From Abditibacteriaceae bacterium (GTDB taxonomy: Bacteria > Armatimonadota > Abditibacteriia > Abditibacteriales > Abditibacteriaceae): a DNA stretch of 51,652 bases. The notes below the pieces were generated by a model. That model was not told the DNA's origin. It was given only the letters and a program-made list of their open reading frames with translations, and did no database searches. Location: NCBI GenBank assembly GCA_031425655.1, contig JANPJS010000222.1, positions 1 through 51,652 on the forward strand, written 5' to 3'. The position numbers were made by a program, and so were the translations under genes. Of the stretch, positions 39,716-50,900 are shown piece by piece (position 1 is the stretch's first letter; each line of letters opens with the position of its first letter).

Positions 39716-40822
39716 ATGATTGAATTACCTCTCCTCCAGCATTCTGACCGCCTCTTGATCGTGGAAGATGACCGCATGAGTGCGATGCTTCTGGAGCACA
39801 TTCTCCGTGGCGCCGGTTACGAAAATGTAGTTGTTTCTCACGACCCGCGCGAGGTGCTGCCCCTGTGCGAGGCACAGCCGCCCGATTTGATTTTGCTTGA
39901 TCTGATGATGCCGCACATTGACGGCTTTGGGGTAATGGACTTGCTGCAATCGCGGTTGCGCACCGAGTTATATCTGCCGGTTCTGATGCTGACGGCGGAT
40001 ATCAGTCCCGCCACGAAATTGCGTGCGTTGGCTGCCGGGGCGAAGGATTTTCTCACCAAGCCATTCGATTCTAAAGAATTGTTGTTGCGTGTGCGAAATT
40101 TGTTGCAAATGCGTGCGCTCTACAGCCAGTTGCAGCACGTCAATGACGATTTGGCATCGCGCGTTTCCGACCGCACACGCAAATTGGGCGAAGTTAGCGG
40201 CCAATTGGCTCTGGCCAGCATGGAATTGGAAGAAGCGCAATACGAGGTAGTGCAACGACTCTGCACGGCGGCTGAATTCCGCGACGATCAAACAGGCGCT
40301 CATATCCGGCGCGTGGGCGATTCCGCCGCGCTACTGGCGCGTGCATTAGGGCTAAACGAGGAGCGCGTGGCGTTGATTCATCGCGCGGCGCCGCTCCACG
40401 ACGTGGGCAAAATTGGCATCCCTGACGACGTTCTTCTCAAACCGGGGCATCTGGAACCGGAGGAATTCGATACGATCAAATCGCACACCAATATTGGTGC
40501 TCGCCTGTTGGCTAACGGCAAATCGCCGTTGGTGCAACTGGCCGAAACCATCGCGCTCACGCATCACGAGCGATGGGACGGCAGCGGCTATCCGTGTGGG
40601 CTGATGGGCGAGGCAATTCCCCTTGAAGGCCGAATTTTGGCCGTGGTGGACGTGTTCGACGCGCTCACCAACGTGCGTCCCTATAAATCGGCCTGGCCGG
40701 TGCGCGAGGCGCTGGCTGAAATCGAAAGGTGCGCCGGTCATCAATTCGATCCTTGTGTCGCCTCCACTTTTTTGAAAATGGTGTCCGATTGGCACAGAAG
40801 CTCTAATAATAGACCCGTTTGA
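39716..40822 (+). CDS. REC + HD-GYP c-di-GMP phosphodiesterase (RpfG-like)
   Basis: [44 protein letters not shown]...RPYK motifs; TATAAT at 39685-39690 favours ATG 39716. Confidence 0.93.
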   Translation: MIELPLLQHSDRLLIVEDDRMSAMLLEHILRGAGYENVVVSHDPREVLPLCEAQPPDLILLDLMMPHIDGFGVMDLLQSRLRTELYLPVLMLTADISPATKLRALAAGAKDFLTKPFDSKELLLRVRNLLQMRALYSQLQHVNDDLASRVSDRTRKLGEVSGQLALASMELEEAQYEVVQRLCTAAEFRDDQTGAHIRRVGDSAALLARALGLNEERVALIHRAAPLHDVGKIGIPDDVLLKPGHLEPEEFDTIKSHTNIGARLLANGKSPLVQLAETIALTHHERWDGSGYPCGLMGEAIPLEGRILAVVDVFDALTNVRPYKSAWPVREALAEIERCAGHQFDPCVASTFLKMVSDWHRSSNNRPV

Positions 40823-40864
40823 AGCCAACCTGAAGACTGCCCGACATCCATGCCTTGTGCGGCA

Positions 40865-43800
40865 CTATCGCAGTTTCACCACGAAGCTGACGGTGCCGGT
40901 GCTATTTGGCGCTAAGGTGCCGGTGAACGTCCATTTCAAGGCGCCGGGACTGTTGACGGCGGGCGCTGTCGAGGTCACGCCGGTAAGATTCGCGGGTAGG
41001 GCGCTGTTGCTGCGGCTGCTGAAAACCGTGTAAGCCGGCGTGGTGTCGTTGATAACGAAGCTATTCAGTGCCTCGCCGCTAATGTTACGATAAGTGATGG
41101 TATAAGTGATGAGATCGCCGGATTTGGCGGTCGTTTTATCTACCGTTTTTGTGAGCTGCACACCGGGCTGCGCGCCAACCGTAGTAACATCGGTGCGAAT
41201 AAGCGTGTTGCTCAACGGCGGATTGGCGCCGGTGTAGGTGAACTGGGCTGTCAGCGAAATCACGTCCTGCGCGCCGTTGGGCGCGTTGGCGGGCACGAAT
41301 TCCTTGACGACTAAGCTCACTTGCTGGCCCGCAACGACGGTAATAGGGCCTGTTACGGGATTTTCGCCCGCGTCAATGGCGCCGTTGGCGTTGCTGTCGA
41401 GATAAATCAGGTTTTGCCAACCGGTATTGGCGGGCGACGCGACGTGCGTCGTCGAAAACGTCACGCTGCCGCCGCTGCCCGCCGTGAAAACGTGTGGATA
41501 CAGCACGATATTGCCCGGTGTGCCGATTTGCGCGCCGTCGTTGGTGAATTGGTTGACCGGCACGTCGCCGAAGTTGACACCCGTATACGTCGTGCCGACC
41601 GTGTTGGTGAACGTCGTGGTGTCGGCGGCGCGGATGTAAGTGCCGGCTGTCGTGCCAACGCTGGCGCCGGTTGAAATGTAATTCGCCAGATTGCTTTCTA
41701 CGATTTTGACCGGGTTGGCGCCCGCCGAGGCCGGAATCCACAGCGTATAAGCGCCGGTCGGGTCGGTGGTGGCGGTGTCGAAAGTCGTGCCGCCCGCGTT
41801 GTCGGTGGCGCTCACTGTGGCGCCGCTGATGCCCGCTTCGCCGCCGTCGCGCGTGCCATTGTTAGGCGTGCCTCCACCGATGCCGTTGTCGTTGAAAACA
41901 ACACCACTAAGTTTGCTGCCGTTGAACAAGCCGAAGTTCTGGTCGGTGACAGAGGCGGCGGCAGTGCTAACAGTGAGGGCACGCACACCGCTTGCCGTTT
42001 CGGTTCCGATGTAGCCAGCCGGTGTGAACGGCGTCACATCGGTGAGGGTGTTGTTGTTATCGAGGATTAAAGTGAAATTGCCTGCCGTGCTGCCGGACAG
42101 TGTAAAGGCACCGGTCACCGGGTCAACTGCTGCCGCCGCTGTGGCGTTGCCGCCCGCCGCCGGGCGCAGTTTCACGAACAAACCGACTATGCCAGTGCCG
42201 GTTTCTCCGTTGTTCAGCGACGAATCGTGGTTGACATCGAGATAAACGAAGCCGGTAATGGAGAAGCCTGCTGTTGTGGTATCAACGGCCGTGTTGTTGG
42301 CGGCGTTGGGGTCTGAGACGCCAACAGGCGGAGATACCGTAACCGTGTTGGTAATGGTGCCTGACGTTCCGGCAGCGACCGTGCCCGCAACAACCAGTGT
42401 GATGCTCTGTGAAGGGGCTAAGTTGAGGCCCGTCAATTCGCCATTGCTGATGTTATAAACGCCCTGACTTGGCGTAAATGTCGGGTTTTGCAAACTGGCG
42501 GGCAGGGTGTCATTGATGAACAGTGAGGCTAACGTGGTCGGCCCATTGTTGGTAACGGTAATCGTATACGAGTTGGGGCTGCCCGCCAAAACGCTGGTTT
42601 TTCCGTCGCTTTTCGCCACGGATAAATCGGAGCTGCCCGCAATGGTGTCGGTGTCGCTGGACGAATCGTTGACGGCATTAATGTCGTTCTGGCCGGGGGT
42701 GTCCACGACGACCCGAACCGTAATCGGGTCACTGGCGCTTGCCGAGATGTTGCAGTTGAGCGTCAGTGTTACCGTGCCATTGGTTGGAATGTTGACGCCC
42801 GTCCATTGGCTGGTCGCTGCGTTATAGGAGCCGCTGGACGGCGTGTAAACCGGTGACAATACCTCCGGCGGCAGCACCGGAAACAGCGTAAAGCTGGTGA
42901 TTGGCGTAGTGCCGAAATTCGTGACCGTGATGGTATAGGTGTTGGGCGCTCCGGCGGTGGTTGTGGCTTTGCCGTCGTTAATGCTGACGCCAATATCCAC
43001 GCCGGTGGCCGGGTTGGTGACAGTGGCTGTGGTGCCCGGTGCCGGGCCGCCACCGTCGGGGTCTACGGTCGCGTTATTGGTAATGCTTGGCGGTGGCGCA
43101 AGGCCGGTGACGGCAGTTATGGTAATCGTCGCCGTTGCGCCGACGTTGATTTGCCCCGCCGCCGCGCCGGGACTGTTGATTAAGCGCGGTGTGGCGAATG
43201 GATTCGCCGCGCCGGGAATCACCACGCCATTCAGCGTTGCCGAGTTCGGCACATAAGTCAGAATGGCCGGCAAAACGTCTACAAGAGTCGTGCCGCTACT
43301 GGCACCGGTGCCGGTGTTGGCGACGGTGATGGTATACGTTATGTTCTGCCCCGCCAGAAGCGTGGTCGTCGGGTTCGCCGCTTTGATGATTTCGAGGCGG
43401 GGAATTGTGGTTACGACCGTGTTAGTGGCAATGATTTCGTTGTTAATCGTCTCGAAGGCGCACGAGGTGTATTGATATGTCCAGCGCGCGGAGTTGTCGT
43501 ATTGAGCCGTGAGCGGCGGTGGCGGGATGGCATTGACCAAAACCTGAAAAGTTATTGTGCGCACCGAGCCGGGCGCTGCGCCAAAGGGCACTGTGCCAAT
43601 GGGAACTCCAGTTGCGGGATTGGCTCCCACTTGAGGCACTCCGTCAAGTGTGAGGCTGCCCGACAAAAAGGAAGTGCCGGGTGGAACCGTGTCGTAGAAG
43701 ACCACATTGGACGCATTGGCGGTGCCCAGAGTGTTATCCACGCTAATCGTGTAGGTGAGGGTATCGCCGATGAACGACGTTGCTTTATCAACCTGTTTAA

Positions 43801-44911
43801 CCGGAACCCGGAATTTGGGCGCGCCGACATCAATTTGCACGCCAAGACCGGTGATGACGTAGCGGTCGCCGGTGCTGGTGCCGCGTGTGTAGGCCACGTT
43901 CTGCGAGTTGGTAATAAACGCCGAGGCATCTACGTTAGTGATGTCCCAACCCTGACGTGCCCCGCTTGCATTAGAACCCGGTGTGTGGTTCCGAGTGCCG
44001 TGCGTGCCGCTGGTGTTCAGGGTGCCGGTATCGCTATTAATCTGCGAGGAGAAGAAGTTACCGGCGGGATTGTTGGGTCCGCTCAGCACGTTGGTCGGGG
44101 GCGTTGTCGCTCCAAAGAGTAATTGATCGCCCACGATGTTGCTATCACCTTCAATAGTGCTGATTAAAACGCGTGCGTTGACCGCGCCGGTCGGGGGCGC
44201 ACAGAAGCCCGTAATCTGCGAGGTCGTGCTGGTGGTGCCATCCGTGACTTCAGCACCCACAAAGACAGACATATTGCGCGAGGGCAGATTGTCGTTGGCG
44301 TAAACCACGGCAAGTAACCAACCGGCGGAGTTGCCATTTTCTTCGGTGGGGCTGGTGGTGCCGGGCACGTTTCCGCAAGTGTAAGTTCCGGCTCCCGCCG
44401 CTCTCACCAGAGCCGTCACGTTGTTCGAGCGCACATAGTAACCGGTGCCGCCGCCGACTACGTTCTGGCTGGTCGCCGCTGTCGGCGCGATGGACGAAGT
44501 GCCTGCTGGCGTGGTGAAGGTGACAGATTGGTTGAGCACGGCGGCGGAGAGTGTCGCGCCAGTCACCGTGGAACTGCCGCCCCAGATCAGTTCGGCATAC
44601 AACACGGTGCTGCCTCCAGGCATCACAAGGTTCGCGGTCGCCGAGTTGTTGGCAATGGAAAGTGTGGTGCCCGCCGGAAACGTGCCGACGGTCAACGCGC
44701 CGTTGGTCGAGGAAAAAGCGCCAATCGAACCGTTGGTGCCGGGGTTGTTCGCGCCGTTGATTTTGCTGAGGCCCAGCGAGTTGCCGATGAAAGTCATGGC
44801 GCCCGATTGCGTAGTGCCGTAACGCTTAACGTAAGCTGCGACTGCGGGACGTGGTGCGAAAAGCAACGCACCGCAGAAAACGAAAAAGAATAAACGCTGG
44901 AAACGGGTCAT
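40865..44911 (-). CDS. Secreted DUF11-repeat surface/adhesin-like protein
   Basis: Signal peptide MTRFQRLFF...AVAA; several K.VDK...GD..TYTI.V.N DUF11 repeats; SdrD-B-like G.V..D.N domains; Thr/Gly/Asn-rich. Confidence 0.85.
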   Translation of the reverse strand: MTRFQRLFFFVFCGALLFAPRPAVAAYVKRYGTTQSGAMTFIGNSLGLSKINGANNPGTNGSIGAFSSTNGALTVGTFPAGTTLSIANNSATANLVMPGGSTVLYAELIWGGSSTVTGATLSAAVLNQSVTFTTPAGTSSIAPTAATSQNVVGGGTGYYVRSNNVTALVRAAGAGTYTCGNVPGTTSPTEENGNSAGWLLAVVYANDNLPSRNMSVFVGAEVTDGTTSTTSQITGFCAPPTGAVNARVLISTIEGDSNIVGDQLLFGATTPPTNVLSGPNNPAGNFFSSQINSDTGTLNTSGTHGTRNHTPGSNASGARQGWDITNVDASAFITNSQNVAYTRGTSTGDRYVITGLGVQIDVGAPKFRVPVKQVDKATSFIGDTLTYTISVDNTLGTANASNVVFYDTVPPGTSFLSGSLTLDGVPQVGANPATGVPIGTVPFGAAPGSVRTITFQVLVNAIPPPPLTAQYDNSARWTYQYTSCAFETINNEIIATNTVVTTIPRLEIIKAANPTTTLLAGQNITYTITVANTGTGASSGTTLVDVLPAILTYVPNSATLNGVVIPGAANPFATPRLINSPGAAAGQINVGATATITITAVTGLAPPPSITNNATVDPDGGGPAPGTTATVTNPATGVDIGVSINDGKATTTAGAPNTYTITVTNFGTTPITSFTLFPVLPPEVLSPVYTPSSGSYNAATSQWTGVNIPTNGTVTLTLNCNISASASDPITVRVVVDTPGQNDINAVNDSSSDTDTIAGSSDLSVAKSDGKTSVLAGSPNSYTITVTNNGPTTLASLFINDTLPASLQNPTFTPSQGVYNISNGELTGLNLAPSQSITLVVAGTVAAGTSGTITNTVTVSPPVGVSDPNAANNTAVDTTTAGFSITGFVYLDVNHDSSLNNGETGTGIVGLFVKLRPAAGGNATAAAAVDPVTGAFTLSGSTAGNFTLILDNNNTLTDVTPFTPAGYIGTETASGVRALTVSTAAASVTDQNFGLFNGSKLSGVVFNDNGIGGGTPNNGTRDGGEAGISGATVSATDNAGGTTFDTATTDPTGAYTLWIPASAGANPVKIVESNLANYISTGASVGTTAGTYIRAADTTTFTNTVGTTYTGVNFGDVPVNQFTNDGAQIGTPGNIVLYPHVFTAGSGGSVTFSTTHVASPANTGWQNLIYLDSNANGAIDAGENPVTGPITVVAGQQVSLVVKEFVPANAPNGAQDVISLTAQFTYTGANPPLSNTLIRTDVTTVGAQPGVQLTKTVDKTTAKSGDLITYTITYRNISGEALNSFVINDTTPAYTVFSSRSNSALPANLTGVTSTAPAVNSPGALKWTFTGTLAPNSTGTVSFVVKLR

Positions 44912-44992
44912 AGGTATTTTGTCTACAGCGCGATATGGAGCGCAGGCGTTTCGCCCGCTACGCGCGTTACGGGCGAAACACCCGCGCTCCAA

Positions 44993-47900
44993 TTACTGCT
45001 CGCCGGGTTGCGAACCGGGGCGCACTGGACCGCTTGGCGGCGTGTTGCCCGGCGCCAGTGGCTCGAAATGCGGCGGCGCGGGTGTCGTCGCGGGCGTGCC
45101 GGGCACCGTCGTCGGTGCGGGAATCGGCGTGACGGAGCCGGGCAGGCCGCTCGTCGGCACTTCGGCCAGCGGCAGGGCCGCTGCGACGACGGGCGCGTCT
45201 TGCGTGGCGCCGATGCGGCGGCCCAGCCATTCTTCGTCGAATTTCCAGCGCAAGCGCAGATAAACGCCGGGCCGGGTATATTCGTCGCCGGCCAGATCGT
45301 TTTCGTTGAAGCCCAAAATGTTAAAACCGGCGCTGAGCAGTAGGTTGCGGCCCAATAAATAGGCGGCTTCGACACCTAAAGCGTGCTTTCTGCCGCCTCC
45401 GCCCCACAGCGTTGAGCCAATGAGGCTGACGTCCCAACGCTCGCCCATTTCTTTGGTGATGCGCGCTAAAAGCAGTTGCGCCGAAGCCTCGCTGCTCAGG
45501 CTTCCCAAGTCGGGCGTGGCTTCCTGCGACCGTTTCCACGCATAGTGCAATCGCATTTGCAAGCTGCTTTTCGGCTGATAGTTGGCGTCGAAGGACAGCA
45601 AATGCACGCGACGGTTGAGCGAGCTAACAAAAGTGTCAGCCTCGTCGCCGGAGCGAAATTCGTATTTCGCAAGGGCGTTGAATTTATCGTTCCGTTCGGG
45701 CCGATACGCGATTCCGGCCTGAAAACGCTCCAGCGCCCGCCGCCCGGCCAAAGTGCCGCCCGAACCGCCCAAACGCCCGCTGTTTGTCACCGTGTAAATG
45801 TTGCGCGCCAAAAACGTCAGGTCGCGGCTCGGTTTGTAAGCCAGGCCCGCCGTCGAAAGCAAACTGTCGCCGCTGCCGGCCTGACGGCTTTCGATGCGCG
45901 CCGTCGCGCGGAAACGGTCGCCGTGCAGCCATTCGATGCCCAATCCTGCCGCCGTGCCGTCCTCGTTAAGCGCACCGGCTCCGCCCAGTGTTTTAATGCG
46001 CTCGAACGACGTGTGCAGGCGCACGCCCGGCGCGACGGGCCACAGGTTTTTCAGGCCAATCGCAGCCTGGGCGCTGCGTCCGTCAATGCCGCTACCAATG
46101 CGGTATTCGCTGAAAAGCGAGCCGTTTTTCATGTAGTCGGTTTCGATGCCGACCCGTGTGTTGAACTGGCGTTGCGATTCGTTGAGCGCGTAAAGACCGC
46201 CGAACGAATCGAGAAATTCGTGCGTGAGATAAAGCCGCGTGCGCGTGGATAATTGATAATCGCCGCCGACTTGAAACGATTTGCGCGATTCGCCGGCCAG
46301 CGCCTGCTCGTAGCGCGCGAATAGCGTGGCTTCGGGATGGTTGGCTAACTGCCCGGCGATGCGCGCGAAGGCGGTCGTGAAACTGCTGGGCGCGGTGCCC
46401 AACCCGGTGCCGTTGGCCGGTGCGCCATTGCCGTCGGCATGGCGCACGCCCAATTGCAAACGCAGATTCTGGCCGAGTGACTGCTCAACTGCTGCTTGCA
46501 AACCTGTCAGCGTGCCGCCATTTTGGCGGTCTTCGGTGCGAACCGCTTCAGCCAACAAGCGCGTGCGCTGGCGCAAACGGTAATTGAGGCGGGCGCTCAG
46601 TTCGCTGCGCCCGCTGCTGAGAAGCGATTCGGGATTGTCGAAATCGGCGTCGCTGCGGCCTGCGAAAAGACGCGCTTGCAATTTCGGGCCTTGATGCAAA
46701 AGCTCCAAACGCACCGCGTTGCCGTTGCCGGAATTGGTGTCGGCTTTGGCCCATTCGCCCATCACGACCGTGTTCGCGCCCAATTTGGCGATGGCGTTGG
46801 CTCCGGCAATAGTTGTCGGATTCGACGGGTCTTGATCGCGCACAAACGTCGCGCCGATTTGCAAATTCTTCGAGACCTTGAATTGCCCCGTCAGGCCGCC
46901 GACGTTGAAATTCGGGCCGCCGCGATCTACTTCGTAAGTGATGCGGATATAAACCGGGTTCAGATCGGCGTCTAACGAAGGCACCGGACGGCGGAAAATG
47001 ATGCCGTCTACGAGGCCATCAATCTGATAATCGGTAAAGCGCGTTTGCAGCGTGCGGCTGATGACCACGCCCGGCTGATTGCGGTCGCGCACGATGATTT
47101 CGACTTTTTCGCTGCCCGGAATGAAGCCCAGCCCGCGCAAACGATACGGCCCGGAGACGCCCGCTGCCGGAATTTCGTCAATGGCGCGTTGGGCGTTATC
47201 GCGGCTGAAAAACGTCGTGGCGGTGAATTTGTCGGTTTCGTGATGCGCTTGAAATCCATTCAAACTGCGCGAGTAGCGCGCAAGGCTGTCGCTGTCGCCG
47301 CTGCCGCCGGTTACGAAATCGCCGTAAAGCAAAAACGACTGGTTTTTGTCCACGCGCACATAAAGACGGCTGGTGCTTTGCGCGTCGAAGCCCTTCGTGG
47401 AGGCATCGCCGTAGACCGGATAAAACTCGTCGGGCTGAATGTCGCGGAACAACTGTTCGTCGCTTTTTTGCGAATCGTAGCGCAGCGTCAGCAGATATTT
47501 GCCTTGAATCTGGCCTTTGATGAAAGCCGCGCCGCGCGCTCCGACGTTCGTGCTGTCGCTGCCCGCGAGCTTCCGCAAATCGTCCTCGAACGGGTCGTTC
47601 TGGTTTAGCGGTCGCGCACCGCTGGGACGGAATTTAAACAAGTTGAAACGCGCATCCAAGAGGCCGGCGGCTAACAACGGGCGCAAATCGGGCGAGAAAA
47701 CAAGCTGCGTGGTCGAAGCCAAAAGGCCGCTCGAAACGCGGATTAAACAGTCGCCCGGCTCGGCGGGGGCCATGAGTTGCAATCTGGCGCGTCCGCCTTC
47801 GATGAAAATCTGCGTTCCCGGCTCGGCGGCGCTTAAATCTTCGCTTTTCCACACGCCCCGGCTGGCTTCGAGCGTGATTGGCGTGCGGCCCATGACCGGC

Positions 47901-50900
47901 GTGCCCAATTCGTCTACGAGTTGAACTTCAAAATTAACAAGGCTGCTTCCGTCGGCGGGCAGCTTGCCTTGCGGCACGAAAAGGCGAAGGCGGCCTAATT
48001 TGCCGGGCGCCGTGACGGTGATTTTTTTGCGGCCTCGCTCGTTGGCGAAGGCGTCGAACTGCGTGATTTCGAGCGTATTCGGCCCGGTTTTTAAGCGCAC
48101 GCCGATGTATTCCCACGCTTCGATTTGCTTTGCGGCCAACACGCTTTTCTTACCGACGCGAGTGTCTAAAACTTCCTCGCCGTTCAGCCACAGTTTGAAG
48201 ATTCCGCCTTGCTGGCCTTTGACGCGGACGGCGATTTGGTCGTGCGCTAATGTCGCGCCGTCCTGCAAATCTACGAAATCGAGTGCGTTATCAAGTTTGG
48301 GCAGCAAATCTTCGAGCGCGGCGGGCGGCGATAACAGCAGCGGCGCGACAGCTATCGGCGGATTTGACTGGCCGTCGAGAGGCCGTGTTATGTCGCGCGG
48401 AATCTGGCCCGCGAGCGGCGCTTCGCCGGTGTTTTGAATAGTGAGCGCGCCGCCTGCGGGCGAATCGCTCAGGCCGGGCGCTGTCGTGACTTTCACACTG
48501 ACATTCGGCAAAACCGCGCTTGGATTAGCGCCGATGTTTCCGGTCGGTGTGTAACTTGAAGTGCCGCCGTAGCCGCCAAATTTGTCGCCGCTCAGGACGT
48601 TGCCCAAGTTGCTGCCCAATGTGCCGGTTAAGTTCGTGCCCAAGCCGCCGGTCAGCGGGTCGTCGTTGCCGTTTTTGCCGGGCGCGCTAATGCTGCCGCC
48701 CAAACCGCCAAGGCCGCTCGAAGCACCGGTGGCTTGCACGATGGTGCCGCTGGCGGGCAGGCCGCGTGCGGTCGTGGAATCGCTAAGCCTCGGCTCGGCT
48801 TCCAACGCGGCTCCGGCGCCCGCTTCTAAAGCGGCGGCGGCGTTTTGGGTTTTTACAGCGGCGCGGCGTTTGGCGATGGCCTCTAAAATCTCCGGCGACG
48901 GCGCGGGGATGGCGAAATTGACTTTTTGCAACTCGCCGTTTTTCAAATCGGCCCACGCTGTCGTGCCGCTGCCGCGCAAGCCGTGACGATGCGTGAGACC
49001 TTCCAATTTGGCGCCGCCGGGCAATGTCGTGACATCCACTTTGACGGTATGTGTGGTCGCGCTCAGGCCGTAAATCGAGTATTTGCCTTCTTCATCCGTA
49101 ATGGCGAAGGTGCCGTTTTCGACCCACACTCGCACGCCGGGAATGCCGTCTTCGCCTTTGTCCTGAATGCGATTGCGGTTGTTATCGGCGAAGACTTTGC
49201 CGATGAGAATGCCCTTCGTGGTGAACACGCCGCCGGTAATTCGCACCGTCGCGGTTGCCACATTAGACGAAGATGGGCCAAAAATCGAAGTGCCGGTGGC
49301 TTGCGCGCGGTTTTTCTGGTCGCCGGTTTCGCTGCCGACGCCGACGCGCACGCGGTAAGAAATCGTCACTTCCTGCGCGACGTTCAAAGCGCCGATGGCA
49401 AAAGTCAAACGCGGGCCGGTGCCCTGCGGCTCGACCTGCGCCGCGCCGATGCGGGCGCTGCCGCTGACGTAAGCGAAGCCGCGCGGCAGTAAATCAGATA
49501 CGGTCACGCCGGTGAGCGCGAAGCCGCTGGAGTTGCGAACGCGCACGCGGTAATCCACGAAGTCGGCGATTTCGGCGGTGCGGCGCGAGGCGGCTTTTTC
49601 GATGAACAAGCCCGACGGCGCCGGGCCGTCAACCGGCACATCAATCTGCACGGCGCCCAACGCGGCGTCCACGATGAAGGTGCCGCCGAAGGAGCCGGAA
49701 GCGTCAATGGTGCGGCCCGGCGGCAGGAGGGGAATCGGCACTGTCGTCGGAAAGCGATAAGCGGTGGGCGGCTCAATGAGCAAGCGATAAATGCTGCCCT
49801 CGACTTGCGGGAACTGGAAAATGCCGTCGGCGCCGGTAATGACGGTCGAGGGGCGCGGCGTGACGCCGTCGAAGTCGAAAACGCGCGCCGGGCCGCCTGC
49901 GTTGCCGCCGTTGCCGGCTCCGGTCACGTCAATTAAGGTGACGCGGGTGCCCGCGACCGGGGCGTTGGTGCGCGAATCGAAGACCACGCCGAACGGGTCA
50001 ACGAGAATATTCGCCAGAGCATCCGTATTGCCGCCGCAATCTTCAAGGCGCGCTGTCAGCACATCGTTGCGCCGAATTTCAAGGATAGTATTGGCGCCGT
50101 CAGCCGCGCCGCCACTGGTTGGAACCGGTGGCGTGACGCGAAAAATGCCGGTATTTGGCCCGGTTTCGACGCCGATGACGCGAACGGAATCGTCGGTCAG
50201 CGTCGAGCGAATGGTAATCGGCACTTGTTCGATGCGCGTCGGGTCGAGGTTGCACGAAGCGGCGCTGCCCTGCACGAAAAGCGGGCGTCCGATGCCGGTC
50301 ACGCCGGTCACGCGCTGATATTGGTCGTTGCTGTAGTAGAACAGCGTCGGCGGCACGCGCGGCACGCTGACTTGCACGATGTTCGAGGGCACTTCGAGCA
50401 GTCGCACGACATACACATCGTTGCCGTAGAGCACTGCGGTGTTGTTGATGCTGTTGGCGGCGTTGGCATTAACGCGAACGCGCAGCGTGATTTGCACCGT
50501 GCCGCCGCGCGGAAAGGGCGAAACTCCGTAAGCGACGGCGTCAACTTGCGCGGCGTCGGGCGGGGTCGTGGTGTAAGTGTGCAGAGGCGCGCCGACGCGG
50601 TGATAAAGACGCAGGCCGATGGCCGGAGCCTGCAAATCCACGAAGGTGGTGTTGGCCGGAATCACGTCGCGCACGATGACTAATGTGCGCGCTTGGCCAT
50701 CCACGGAAACCGCGATGCCCGACGGCTCAATCGAGCCGATGCTTTGCGCCGTGATTGTAAAACTGACTTCTTCGTTGGGCTTGACGGCATCGCGGCTGGC
50801 GGCTTTGCTCAGGCGCAGCGAGACGCCGGGCGCCGTTCGCACCGTGTCGGTATTAAATTGCGCGGCGCCCTGCGTCAGGCTGACGGCGGTGAGGCGCAAA

